A DNA stretch of 64,000 nt from Bacilli bacterium (lineage in GTDB: Bacteria; Bacillota_I; Bacilli_A; ML615J-28; CAG-698): the NCBI GenBank assembly GCA_017617065.1, contig JAFZWP010000022.1, forward strand, positions 141,214 to 205,213, given 5' to 3'. The notes beneath the pieces are model-generated. The model did not search any database, was not told the origin of the DNA, and saw only the letters and a list, made by a program, of their open reading frames with translations. Position 1 is the stretch's first letter; each line of letters begins with the position of its first letter. Shown one piece after another: positions 38,040 through 47,922 of the stretch. The position numbers and the translations under genes were made by a program.

Positions 38040-39563
38040 TTAATCAAAATTAATATGAATCATTTTAAGTTCATCATAAAAACTCTTTTCATGTGATACT
38101 AAAATAACAGTACCAGGATATGTTGCTATTTTTTCAAATAAAGACTTTTTAGCTAATTTATCTAGATGGTTAGTTGGCTCATCTAAAATTAATAAATTAG
38201 ATTTAGTTAATGATAATTTAGCAAATCTAACTTTAGCAGCTTCGCCTCCACTTAAATATTTCATACTCTTTAAAGGTAATTCTCCACTTACACCATAGCG
38301 AGCAAGTATTCCTCTAATTTGTTTATCATCCATTTGTGGATAATCATTTCTAAAATATTGGATAGCACTAATATCATCTGGTGTCTCTTCTTGAGCATAA
38401 TAATAAATTGTATTTAAATCAGTTAACTCGTAACTACCTGCAAGTGGAGCAAGTTCACCTAAAATCGTCTTTACAAAAGTAGTCTTACCAATACCATTCT
38501 TACCAATGATTACATATTTCTTACCAAATTCTAATTTTAGACTAATATGTTCTAAAATTGGATGAGTATAACCAATGCTTAAATCATTCACAATAAGTGG
38601 TGATTTATGAAATGATTTTGTAAATTCGAAATTAAAGTGAACTGGTTTTTCACCAGCTGGTTTTTCCATAACTTCTAGTTTATTTAATACTTTTTGTCTA
38701 CTTTGAGCACGGTGAGTAGTCGATGCTCTAACTAAGTTCTTATTTATGAAGTCTTGTTGATGCTTGATGAAAGCTTGTTGACGATTGTATGCTTTCTCAT
38801 AAGCAATTCTATTCACTTCATGTTGTTTTAAATATGCATCATAATTACCTTTATAGCGAGCAAGAAGTTTATTTTCTAATACTAAAGTTACATCACAAAC
38901 ATTATTTAAGAAATCAACATTATGGCTTATAACAATAAAACTATTTTTATAACCAACTAAAAACTTTGTTAACCATTCTACATGTCTTGCATCTAGAAAG
39001 TTAGTTGGTTCATCAAGTAACAATACATCTTTTTCTTCAAGTAACATTTTACCTAAAAATACTTTAGCTCTCTGTCCACCTGATAATTCTTTTAAGCTTC
39101 TACCCTCTTCGATATCAATACCTAGACCATTTATGACATTGCCTATTTTAGATTTAATCATATAGAAGTTATTTTCATCTAAATAGTTTTGAATGTTTTC
39201 TGCTTTTCTTAAAATCTTATCATAATCATCAGGATTAGCTTCAACTAAACTATTATATAGATTATTCATTTCTTCTTCTTTTTTAAATAGCGGTGTATAA
39301 ACATCATATAAATAATCGGTAATAGAAATATCTGTTTTTACTTCTAGATGTTGATCCAGGTAAGAAAATGTTACATTCTTATCCCAAACGATTTTACCTT
39401 CATCAGGAGTTAAGCGAAAGGCAAGTAAATTCATCAATGTAGATTTACCAACACCATTTAGCCCAATCAAGCCAACATGTTCGCCATTATATATAGTCAC
39501 CGATGCTTTATTAAATAATTCTTGTGCACCATAACCAAATTTTAAGTCGATAATCTCTAACAT
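38040..39563 (-). CDS. ABC-F family ATPase (two NBDs, no membrane domain)
   Basis: GLNGVGKST/LSGGQ and GKNGIGKTT/LSGGE separated by a charged linker, 507 aa. Confidence 0.88.
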   Translation of the reverse strand: MLEIIDLKFGYGAQELFNKASVTIYNGEHVGLIGLNGVGKSTLMNLLAFRLTPDEGKIVWDKNVTFSYLDQHLEVKTDISITDYLYDVYTPLFKKEEEMNNLYNSLVEANPDDYDKILRKAENIQNYLDENNFYMIKSKIGNVINGLGIDIEEGRSLKELSGGQRAKVFLGKMLLEEKDVLLLDEPTNFLDARHVEWLTKFLVGYKNSFIVISHNVDFLNNVCDVTLVLENKLLARYKGNYDAYLKQHEVNRIAYEKAYNRQQAFIKHQQDFINKNLVRASTTHRAQSRQKVLNKLEVMEKPAGEKPVHFNFEFTKSFHKSPLIVNDLSIGYTHPILEHISLKLEFGKKYVIIGKNGIGKTTFVKTILGELAPLAGSYELTDLNTIYYYAQEETPDDISAIQYFRNDYPQMDDKQIRGILARYGVSGELPLKSMKYLSGGEAAKVRFAKLSLTKSNLLILDEPTNHLDKLAKKSLFEKIATYPGTVILVSHEKSFYDELKMIHINFD

Positions 39564-39592
39564 GGTTACTCCCCTTCTTATCTAACTATTGC

Positions 39593-39621
39593 ATTTTACC
39601 ACAAAAGTGCCCTATTTACAA
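39593..39621 (-). promoter_or_regulatory. Candidate promoter of the ABC-F/typA unit
   Basis: Minus strand TTGTAA (39621-39616), 17-nt spacer, TAAAAT (39598-39593). GGGGAG SD before the ATG. Confidence 0.4.
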
Positions 39622-39648
39622 TAAAATGAAAAATGTAAAAGGTTACAT

Positions 39649-39680
39649 AAAAGGAGAATCTATAAATAGATTCTCCTTTT
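39649..39680 (-). terminator. Terminator after the MFS transporter gene
   Basis: Perfect 15-bp stem AAAAGGAGAAUCUAU-UU-AUAGAUUCUCCUUUU. Confidence 0.65.
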
Positions 39681-39703
39681 CTTAATTATATACAGCAAAT
39701 TAA

Positions 39704-41221
39704 TTAATCATCTGCTCCTAATGCATCGATTCCTTTTACGTTTTCACCAGTATCTTTTTTATGAGGTGCCTTAACAAAGAAGAATACAGCACCAGCGCAT
39801 GCCATTAAACTAGCTGAATATATTGGTAATGCTACCCAACTTGTTTTAATGAAGATGAAACCGATTAGGATTGGTGTAATAGATTGAGCTAACATTGATG
39901 CAGTGTAGTATAAAGATGTAAATCTTCCTAACTTGTCTGATGTACAATAATCTGTAACTAGTGGGAATGAACAAATATGAATAAGTGATGATCCAAATCC
40001 AATTGCAGGTAATAATACAAAGAATAACCAAGGAAGGCTAGCGGCAAATGTTCCATGAGTTGCTGATTCAGGAATTAGTGAATAGATGATGTAGCATACA
40101 CAAACTAAGCAAATTCCTGAGAAGATAGTCCATTTACGACCAATCTTATCAGCTAAGAAACCAGCAGTTAAGAAACCAACAATTGATGCAGCACCTGAAA
40201 CAACTGTCATGATAGCTCCACCAGCACTTGATGTATCTAGCCAGAACATTACATAATTTGTTTGGAATGTCTCTACAGCATTAAGCGACATAAACCAAAA
40301 CATTTCAGCGATTAAAATTAGCACTAAGTTACGAATATTATTCTTTGATAACTTTTCAGTTGTTGTAACTTGTTCAGCTGATTCACCCATGGCGTCGCCA
40401 ACTTTGATTTCTTCATCAAGTTGTTCGTGTAATTTATTTTCTCTTACCTTAAATAGTAACAGAACTAAAGAGCCTAATAAGCAAACACTGCAAACGATGA
40501 ATGGTATTTCTAACATCATTAATGATCTATTAGATCCATCAATATATTTTGTAACTGGAATTACGATAGCAGCAACAGATCCAACTGCTCCACCAACATA
40601 ACCAACAATATTAATGATACCATTAGCTCTACTTCTTAAAGGTTTTGGTGTTAAGTCTGGCATTAATGCTACAGCTGGTGAACGATAACTCATCATAAAG
40701 ATGATGATTAAACACATCATAGCAATCATCCCAACAATCATTCCTAGCATAGCAGCGCTTTCTGCAGCCATTGCTTTAACGAAGAATAGTGGAACAAATG
40801 GTAAAACCATTGCTGTAACAACAGATCCAACAATGATAAATGGCATTCTCTTACCAAGTTTAGTCTTAGTTTTATCTGATAAGTTACCAAATATTGGCAT
40901 AATGAATAAAGCAGCAATATTATCAAGAGCCATGATAATACCTACTTTCCATTGAATTTGCAAATAATCTTGTTCTGTAATAAAGTTATGTGCTAATAAG
41001 TCTTTCATAGTAACATAACCTGCAGCTGCCCCAGCAGCTACTTTATCTGCATAGTCATGTCTAGCAAACATAAATGATAACATTGGTGCACAATATGAAT
41101 TATATAATTGCCATACAAGTAAAATACCAAAGAAGGCAAGTCCAATCCACATTGTACGCTTTAAATAATCTTTACTAAAAGTAATTTTTTTAGTTTCGTT
41201 AATTTCCATAAACTCCTCCAT
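39704..41221 (-). CDS. MFS-type transporter (12 TM)
   Basis: 505 aa with 12 hydrophobic helices and a central hydrophilic loop. Substrate unknown. Confidence 0.7.
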   Translation of the reverse strand: MEEFMEINETKKITFSKDYLKRTMWIGLAFFGILLVWQLYNSYCAPMLSFMFARHDYADKVAAGAAAGYVTMKDLLAHNFITEQDYLQIQWKVGIIMALDNIAALFIMPIFGNLSDKTKTKLGKRMPFIIVGSVVTAMVLPFVPLFFVKAMAAESAAMLGMIVGMIAMMCLIIIFMMSYRSPAVALMPDLTPKPLRSRANGIINIVGYVGGAVGSVAAIVIPVTKYIDGSNRSLMMLEIPFIVCSVCLLGSLVLLLFKVRENKLHEQLDEEIKVGDAMGESAEQVTTTEKLSKNNIRNLVLILIAEMFWFMSLNAVETFQTNYVMFWLDTSSAGGAIMTVVSGAASIVGFLTAGFLADKIGRKWTIFSGICLVCVCYIIYSLIPESATHGTFAASLPWLFFVLLPAIGFGSSLIHICSFPLVTDYCTSDKLGRFTSLYYTASMLAQSITPILIGFIFIKTSWVALPIYSASLMACAGAVFFFVKAPHKKDTGENVKGIDALGADD

Positions 41222-41270
41222 AACACTTCAATTATACCAATTAGTATAATAAAAGACAAACAATTTAAAA

Positions 41271-41293
41271 AGGCAAGTAATAAATACTCGCCT
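41271..41293 (-). terminator. Rho-independent terminator ending the 8-gene operon
   Basis: AGGCGAGUA-UUUAU-UACUUGCCU followed by UUUUUAAAUU. Confidence 0.7.
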
Positions 41294-41306
41294 TTCTTAT
41301 TATATA

Positions 41307-42488
41307 TTATTCTTTAGTATAATCATCAAAGTAACCTTGGATGTAAATAACTGGAGTACCTTTGTCTCCTGATCCACTAGTTAGGTCACATAAGCTACCA
41401 AGTAAATCTGTTAAGTTACGAGGTGTAGTGCCTAAAGAGTTGTGAGCATCTTTAGTCTTTGATTTATTTGATTTAATATATTCAGTCATTGCAATTCTTG
41501 CTTCTTCACCTTTTAGGTTAGCAAATTCAGTATCAGCTAGTAATTTGAATTTTAATTCATTAGGTTGACCGATTAAGCCTGATGTGAAGAATGGTGATAC
41601 AACTGGATCAGCTAATTCCCAAATCTTACCAAATGGATCTTTGAATGCTCCATCACCATAAATGAATACTTCTACAGTCTTGCCATATTTTTTAAACATT
41701 CTTTCTTGAATTGCTTCAACTGTACTTTGAGAATCTCTTGGGAATAATTTAATTTTACCATTTGATGCATAGTTAGAACCAAGAACACCATATTTTTGAT
41801 TATAACCACTACCATCAACTGATGAAGTTAAGAAATCATCTAAGCCTAAAACTACTTTAGCTCCTGCTTCTTTTAAGATACGTTTAGTTCTAGCACGAGT
41901 ATGGATGTCTCCGCAAATAACTTTATCAGTATATTTTAGAATTGCTGTAGCTTGATTAGCAAAAATAATCTTAATGTTTGGTGCAGCTTCACTATATAGT
42001 CTTACATAATCAGTTTTAGTGAATGGATGTAATAAATCTTTACCAAATAATTCTCTAAACTCTTTTTCTGTAAATACTCTATCATATGGATTAACATGGT
42101 TGTTGTCTAAATCATCAAAAGAAATGATAGGGTTACCAACTTCATCTGAAGGATAACTTAATTGAACGATTAATTCATCAACACCACTAGCAATTGCCTT
42201 TAACATTTCTAAGAAACGATTTCTACTTAGAATTGGGAACACAAGTCCTACTGGGCCATTACCCATTTTGCATCTTACATCTTTAGCAAATTGATCAACT
42301 GTAGCATAGTTTCCTTGAGCTCTAGCTACAACCGATTCAGTAATACCAATTACATCGCGATCATTTACTTTAATTCCACTTTCATCAATTGCTTTCATCA
42401 ATGTATCACTAACAACTGATACAATGTCATCGCCCTCTTTAATAACGGGCATTCTTACGCCTCTAACAACAGTTCCAAAATAACGCAT
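41307..42488 (-). CDS. CofE-like (F420-0:gamma-glutamyl ligase family) protein
   Basis: 393 aa. The N-terminal pattern RMPVIKEGDDIVSVV...DRDVIGITESVVARAQG resembles the CofE/FbiB ligase domain. Assigned from memory of the family. Confidence 0.5.
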   Translation of the reverse strand: MRYFGTVVRGVRMPVIKEGDDIVSVVSDTLMKAIDESGIKVNDRDVIGITESVVARAQGNYATVDQFAKDVRCKMGNGPVGLVFPILSRNRFLEMLKAIASGVDELIVQLSYPSDEVGNPIISFDDLDNNHVNPYDRVFTEKEFRELFGKDLLHPFTKTDYVRLYSEAAPNIKIIFANQATAILKYTDKVICGDIHTRARTKRILKEAGAKVVLGLDDFLTSSVDGSGYNQKYGVLGSNYASNGKIKLFPRDSQSTVEAIQERMFKKYGKTVEVFIYGDGAFKDPFGKIWELADPVVSPFFTSGLIGQPNELKFKLLADTEFANLKGEEARIAMTEYIKSNKSKTKDAHNSLGTTPRNLTDLLGSLCDLTSGSGDKGTPVIYIQGYFDDYTKE

Positions 42489-42514
42489 AAATTTATCCTC
42501 TTCTTTTATATAAA

Positions 42515-42871
42515 TTATTTTCTTCCCACAGTTCTTGTCGCTACAATATTAACACCTAAGCCTAAAACATTTTCGATAACTATATCACCACAATTAATTG
42601 GTGCCTTAACTTCTACTTTGTTAATTTCAGCCATCACATCAAAGATTTTACCTTTAGGAATTGGTGAAGCTGTTGCTACTGGTAATCTAATGATTTCTCC
42701 ATCAGTAATCTTAACAGTGGAAGATATCATTCTTGTTGGGTTAGTAACTTCGGCGATTCCGTAAGTTTTACCTCTTGGACAAGTATTACCTGTTACATTT
42801 AAGTTTTCATCAACTTCAAGGTGGCATCCTCTAGGACAGCTTATACAAATTAGTTTTCTAACTTCACTCAT
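42515..42871 (-). CDS. DUF1667 domain protein
   Basis: 118 aa with CISCPRGCHLEV...GNTCPRG Cys motifs typical of DUF1667. Confidence 0.7.
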   Translation of the reverse strand: MSEVRKLICISCPRGCHLEVDENLNVTGNTCPRGKTYGIAEVTNPTRMISSTVKITDGEIIRLPVATASPIPKGKIFDVMAEINKVEVKAPINCGDIVIENVLGLGVNIVATRTVGRK

Positions 42872-44118
42872 TATTCTTCCACCTCCAATGTAACATTATC
42901 TAGATTTGTTAAGATTGAAGAATCAACCTTAACATTTTCCATTTCTGATGGAATCATATACAGTTTCTTAACTCTCTTAATTTCTTTATCGCCTTGTTTT
43001 ACTACTAAATAACAATTCTTAAGTGGTTTTCTAACTCTAAATGAAATGCTAGCTCCATCGCTTGTAATTGTTTGTGGTAAAACATAACCGATTAAATTGC
43101 CATTTACAACTTTAATCTTTGGTAAATCAGCTAACTCCCCTTTAATGAACTTAGCACAGTTTTCACCAGCTTTAGTTCCTTCAATGCTTACGAAGTCTAC
43201 TAAATCATGAACATGTAATCCATTTCCACAAGCGAATACGCCCGGAATTGAAGTTTGTAAATTAGAATCTACAACTGCACCTTTAGTAAGTGGGTCAATC
43301 TTTACTCCTGCTTCAGTTAATAAATTAATTGAAGGAATTAGACCAACTGATAAAAGTAATGTATCGCATTCAATAACTCGATCAGTTCCTGGTACAAATT
43401 GTAATTTATCATCAACTTCGCAAAGGATGATTTTTTCTAATCTATCTTTACCAATAATATCTTTTACAGTGTGATGTAAATATAGTGGAATATCATAATC
43501 ATTTAAGCACTGAACAATATTTCTATTTAGTCCATTTGAGTATGGCATGATTTCAGCTACACCGATGACATTAGCGCCTTCTAGTTTCATACGTCTAGCC
43601 ATGATTAAGCCGATATCACCACTACCTAAAATGAATACATTGTTTCCAATCTTTAATCCATCTACATTTAAATACTTTTGAGCAACGCCAGCACACATTA
43701 CACCGCTTGGTCTATCACCTGGAGTGTTAATAGCGCCTCTAGTTCTTTCAATACAACCAGCAGCCATAATGATTGATTTAGTAGATACTCTTAAATAACC
43801 ATCAGAAGCATTTGAATAAGTAACAAATAAATTACCATCTTCATTTTCAATCTTTAAAACCATTGATTGAAGTTTGTAGTTAATGCCTCTATCTTTTACT
43901 TGTTTAATAAATCTCTCTGCATAAGCAGGTCCAGTTAATTCTTCTTTAAAAGTTTGTAGACCAAATCCTGAATGGATACATTGAAGAAGTATGCCACCTA
44001 AAAAATCACCTTTTTCAAGAATTAATATATCTTTAATTCCATTATCATAAGCAGCTATAGCAGCAGCTAAACCTGCTGACCCACCACCGACAATAATTAC
44101 ATCATAATCTTTTTTCAT
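42871..44118 (-). CDS. FAD/NAD(P)-binding pyridine nucleotide-disulfide-type oxidoreductase
   Basis: DVIIVGGGSAGLAAA dinucleotide fold plus a second Rossmann motif (FILGSGDIGLIMA), 415 aa. Confidence 0.75.
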   Translation of the reverse strand: MKKDYDVIIVGGGSAGLAAAIAAYDNGIKDILILEKGDFLGGILLQCIHSGFGLQTFKEELTGPAYAERFIKQVKDRGINYKLQSMVLKIENEDGNLFVTYSNASDGYLRVSTKSIIMAAGCIERTRGAINTPGDRPSGVMCAGVAQKYLNVDGLKIGNNVFILGSGDIGLIMARRMKLEGANVIGVAEIMPYSNGLNRNIVQCLNDYDIPLYLHHTVKDIIGKDRLEKIILCEVDDKLQFVPGTDRVIECDTLLLSVGLIPSINLLTEAGVKIDPLTKGAVVDSNLQTSIPGVFACGNGLHVHDLVDFVSIEGTKAGENCAKFIKGELADLPKIKVVNGNLIGYVLPQTITSDGASISFRVRKPLKNCYLVVKQGDKEIKRVKKLYMIPSEMENVKVDSSILTNLDNVTLEVEE

Positions 44119-45542
44119 TATTTGTCCTCCTTAGTAGGTCCAAGTACGATATATGAATTAGCATTTGAATACATTATATCTTCGGGATTCTTATTAAGTT
44201 CTTTAGCTAGAATATCTAAAACAATTGCTTGGCAGAAACCACCTTGACATCTACCCATTCCTGGACGGCATCTTCTCTTAACACCTTTAATCGTAGTAGC
44301 TCCACAATTTCTTCTAATACAATCTAAGATTTCACCTTCAGATACTGCTTCGCATCTACAAACGATTCTACCAAACTTAGGATCTTTTTTAATCAATGCA
44401 TCACGCTCTTCGATACTCATCTCTTCCATTCTAATGACTTTGCGTCTATTAGGCTTAAAGTCTGGATTAATTTCTTTATCTTTAATAAAGCCAGCTACCA
44501 TCTTAGCAATAGCAGGAGATGCTGTTAAGCCAGGAGATTCAATGCCAGCTGCATTAATAAATCCATCCGATTCATTAATAATAAAGTCATGAGTATCACC
44601 AACTGCTCTTAGGCCGGCAAATTCTGTAATTTGTTCACGATATGGAATATTATCAACTAATCTTGTGGCATTTTTCCTTACATTATCTAAAACATCTTTA
44701 TTAGTTCTTACGCTATCGTATTCTTCAATAAATTCACTAGATGGCCCTACTAAATAATTATCATGAGTTGTAGGAGATACTAGTACACCTTTACCTTTAT
44801 CACTAGGCACATTAAATAATGTATGTTTTACATATCCATTTTGGAAATGATCTAAAACATAATATTCACCACGTCTAGGTCTAACGCTAAATGTATGTGG
44901 ATTTACTAAATCATTAATCTTAGATGAATATACACCACTTGCATTTATTACATATTTTGCATGATATTCGTCTTTATTAGTCTTAATAACAAAACCATTA
45001 TCTTTTTTAATATCTACTACAACTTCTGCTAAATGTAGGCTAACTCCATTGTCCATAGCATTTTCCATCGCTGCTACAACCATTTCAAATGGATTTACAA
45101 TGCCTGCTGTTGGACATAAAAGTCCTCCTTTAGCACTAGCTGTAATATTTGGTTCGATTTCTTTTAATTCTTGTTCGTTTAATACTTGATATGGAACCCC
45201 ATTAGCTTCACTTCTTTTAGCTAACTCCCCTAGAGTAACTAATTCATCTTCACTATTAGCAACAGTAATTGAACCAATTCGCTTAAATTGTACATCTAGT
45301 TCTTTACATAAAGCTTCGTAGGCCTTATTGCCTTCAACGTTTAATTTAGCTTTAAGAGTACCCGGAACTGGATCATATCCAGAATGGACAATAGCGCTAT
45401 TAGCGCCACTTGCTCCACATCCAACATCGATTTCTTTTTCTAATACTAATATTTTTAATTTGTATTTAGCAAGTTCTCTAGCACATAATGCACCAATTAC
45501 ACCAGCGCCGATTATTACACAATCATATCTATTCATTTTCAA
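44118..45542 (-). CDS. FAD-dependent dehydrogenase of the GlpA/LhgO type with C-terminal BFD-like [2Fe-2S] domain
   Basis: DCVIIGAGVIGALCARELAK. C-terminal CRCEAVSEGEI...RCRPGMGRCQGGFC. 474 aa. Confidence 0.7.
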   Translation of the reverse strand: MKMNRYDCVIIGAGVIGALCARELAKYKLKILVLEKEIDVGCGASGANSAIVHSGYDPVPGTLKAKLNVEGNKAYEALCKELDVQFKRIGSITVANSEDELVTLGELAKRSEANGVPYQVLNEQELKEIEPNITASAKGGLLCPTAGIVNPFEMVVAAMENAMDNGVSLHLAEVVVDIKKDNGFVIKTNKDEYHAKYVINASGVYSSKINDLVNPHTFSVRPRRGEYYVLDHFQNGYVKHTLFNVPSDKGKGVLVSPTTHDNYLVGPSSEFIEEYDSVRTNKDVLDNVRKNATRLVDNIPYREQITEFAGLRAVGDTHDFIINESDGFINAAGIESPGLTASPAIAKMVAGFIKDKEINPDFKPNRRKVIRMEEMSIEERDALIKKDPKFGRIVCRCEAVSEGEILDCIRRNCGATTIKGVKRRCRPGMGRCQGGFCQAIVLDILAKELNKNPEDIMYSNANSYIVLGPTKEDK

Positions 45543-46158
45543 CCTCTTTACATAACTTTAATAAGTCATCATAGTTAACTTTAGTAACATCATATAAATC
45601 TTTTTGGTAAGTTGTAATTATACTTAAATAATCATCAAAGCACAAAGCTACTTGTTTAGATGAATTCAAAATATCTTCAATTGATTCTTTAGTTAGATTA
45701 GATCCAATTCCTTCACCTGTCATCTTAAAGAAGCTTTCTTTTCGAACAAAGCAGTCTAGTAAATATTCACTACCTTTATGTTCATTATAAAAATCAAGTT
45801 CTTCTTTAGTTAATATTCTAGATGCAATCTTTTCGTCGATATTTCTTCTCATTTCTAAATCAACACCAACAGGGTTATTAGATACAGCAACCATCACTGC
45901 TCCTTTAGTATGTGTTATAGAAAAATAAACATCACTAGCTGTTGGCTTTCCTAAATTATCATATGCATATTGTTTAGGAATATCAAAACCATATTCTTTA
46001 AATGCATATTGAAGAAGTACTTCAGCTGCAATACGCTCTAGTCTTACTTCTTCATTAGTGATTTGTTTTAGTTTTTCTATGCGTACATCCGAAAAGACTT
46101 TTTCAAAATGATCATCAATTTTAAAATTATCTAATTTCAAATAATAAATATTTACCAT
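45529..46158 (-). CDS. 4'-phosphopantetheinyl transferase, Sfp type
   Basis: FSITHTKG, VGVDLE and FVRKESFFKMTGEG motifs, 209 aa. Confidence 0.75.
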   Translation of the reverse strand: MVNIYYLKLDNFKIDDHFEKVFSDVRIEKLKQITNEEVRLERIAAEVLLQYAFKEYGFDIPKQYAYDNLGKPTASDVYFSITHTKGAVMVAVSNNPVGVDLEMRRNIDEKIASRILTKEELDFYNEHKGSEYLLDCFVRKESFFKMTGEGIGSNLTKESIEDILNSSKQVALCFDDYLSIITTYQKDLYDVTKVNYDDLLKLCKEVENE

Positions 46159-46193
46159 TTACCTCACCACAATTAAACATTATACTACTTTTA

Positions 46194-47018
46194 TTAAATT
46201 ACTCCATATTTTTCTAAAGCAATTTTCACGCCATGATTATCATTAGTATCAGTTACAAATTTTGCTACTTTTTTAACTTCATCTACACTATTACCCATGG
46301 CAATACCATACTTAGCATCTCTAACAAGTTCATAGTCATTCATAGAATCACCAAAGCCCATAATAGCATCTTCTTCAATTCCATACATCTTTGCAACTTG
46401 TGCTAGCCCACTATATTTATTTGAATCTTTTTTAATTACTTCAATAAAGCAAGGCATTGACACCATTACATTAAATTTATCTTCTAAACCATCTTTAACT
46501 AGTGGGAATAACTTGTTAATGATTGATGGATCAGCATCAATCATTAATTTACAAGCATCAGTAATTCCTTCATTTAAGAAGTCACCAATGAATAATTTAT
46601 TTTTATTTAATCTTACTTCTAAATCTAGATATTCATTATTAGCAGTTGCATATACATTACCATCATGGTGAATGCATATAGCAAGGTTAGTAGTATCTAC
46701 ATCATTCTTAATTTTATCAATAGCTTTTGTTATTACATCATAAATGAATAATAATTCTTGCTTTGATAAGGAGTTTTCGTAAACAATCGCCCCACTCTTA
46801 ACATCATATATTACTACACCATTGTAAGCACAAAAGTAGCCTTCTTTAATTCCTAAGTCATCATAGTATTCTTTAGTTCTTGATGAATAAGGTCTACCAG
46901 AACATAGTACTACTTTAACGCCATTAGCTATTGCTTTTTTAACATCTACTAAATCTAATATTTCTTTTTTAGAATCTAGAAGCGTATCATCTAAATCAAA
47001 TCCAATTAATTTAATCAT
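46194..47018 (-). CDS. Cof-type HAD-IIB phosphatase
   Basis: GFDLDDTLL and GDSMNDYEL motifs, 274 aa. Confidence 0.8.
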   Translation of the reverse strand: MIKLIGFDLDDTLLDSKKEILDLVDVKKAIANGVKVVLCSGRPYSSRTKEYYDDLGIKEGYFCAYNGVVIYDVKSGAIVYENSLSKQELLFIYDVITKAIDKIKNDVDTTNLAICIHHDGNVYATANNEYLDLEVRLNKNKLFIGDFLNEGITDACKLMIDADPSIINKLFPLVKDGLEDKFNVMVSMPCFIEVIKKDSNKYSGLAQVAKMYGIEEDAIMGFGDSMNDYELVRDAKYGIAMGNSVDEVKKVAKFVTDTNDNHGVKIALEKYGVI

Positions 47019-47913
47019 TCTCTATTTCTTCAATCTTTAACTCTAAGTCAGTATTGTTAACAAATTCTTGGTTAAGTTTCTTTGATGTAGCACCAGTTGA
47101 TGCTAGGCTTGCAAAGCTAGAGGCAATGCCCCATTGCAATTGTTCATCAAACACGGCATCAATTTTAGCAGCAAAACCAGCTAAAAGTGCATCTCCTGCT
47201 CCATTAGTATTAACTGGTTCTATAACTTTATGAGTAACTTTATATAATCCGCTTGGGTCTTGGTATAATAGACCTTGTTCACCCAAGCTTACAATGACAC
47301 TTTTAACTCCGGCACCTCTTAAAGCTTTACAAATCTTAATTGGATCTTTTTCACCAGTTAAAGCTTCGCCTTCAAGCGGTGTAACTTTAAGCATATAAAT
47401 ACTATTTAAAAATGGTTTTAGTTTTATTGCTTTAGCAGATGATATTGCATCCACAATTTTGCGATTATCTTGAGAAAACAAGAATTCTAGAACTGATTCA
47501 TTAAAGTTTGTATCAATTACAAAGATATCATCTGGTCTAAATGGAATATTATGAATATCACTTTTTGTAAGTAATTCGTAACTTTCCATTGAGGCAAGAC
47601 CAAAATATAAGTCGTTATTATCATCAATTACATTTAAGTAACTCGATTGAGGCTTATTTGTTATTTTACAAAATTGTAATCTAATGCCAAGACTTGCTAA
47701 GCTATTAAACATCGCTTGACTAATTTCATCTGAACTAAATACGCTGACAAAGAATACTTCGCATCCAAGCCTAGCTAAATTTTCAGCGATGTTTCTGCCG
47801 ACGCCACCATAACTAAAAGAAATTTTACCAATGTTTGAATCGTGCAAAACTAGTCCAGAAGGTACAGTAACATTGATATCTACATTAGCTCCACCAAATA
47901 CAAAATAACGCAT
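47011..47913 (-). CDS. PfkB-family kinase (pseudouridine-kinase-like)
   Basis: GGANVDI, GGVGRNIAENLARLG, TNGAGDA motifs, 300 aa. Confidence 0.7.
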   Translation of the reverse strand: MRYFVFGGANVDINVTVPSGLVLHDSNIGKISFSYGGVGRNIAENLARLGCEVFFVSVFSSDEISQAMFNSLASLGIRLQFCKITNKPQSSYLNVIDDNNDLYFGLASMESYELLTKSDIHNIPFRPDDIFVIDTNFNESVLEFLFSQDNRKIVDAISSAKAIKLKPFLNSIYMLKVTPLEGEALTGEKDPIKICKALRGAGVKSVIVSLGEQGLLYQDPSGLYKVTHKVIEPVNTNGAGDALLAGFAAKIDAVFDEQLQWGIASSFASLASTGATSKKLNQEFVNNTDLELKIEEIEND

Positions 47914-47922
47914 GGTCCCCTC

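Noticed and set aside
38027-38047. N-terminal extensions given by the ORF track for typA (38047), recX (11614), the flavin-reductase-like gene (54390), arcA (58978) and the 9956 membrane gene (10789)
   Set aside because: In each case a downstream ATG has a properly spaced Shine-Dalgarno sequence and matches the usual family N-terminus, while the upstream start lacks an SD or overlaps the preceding gene extensively.
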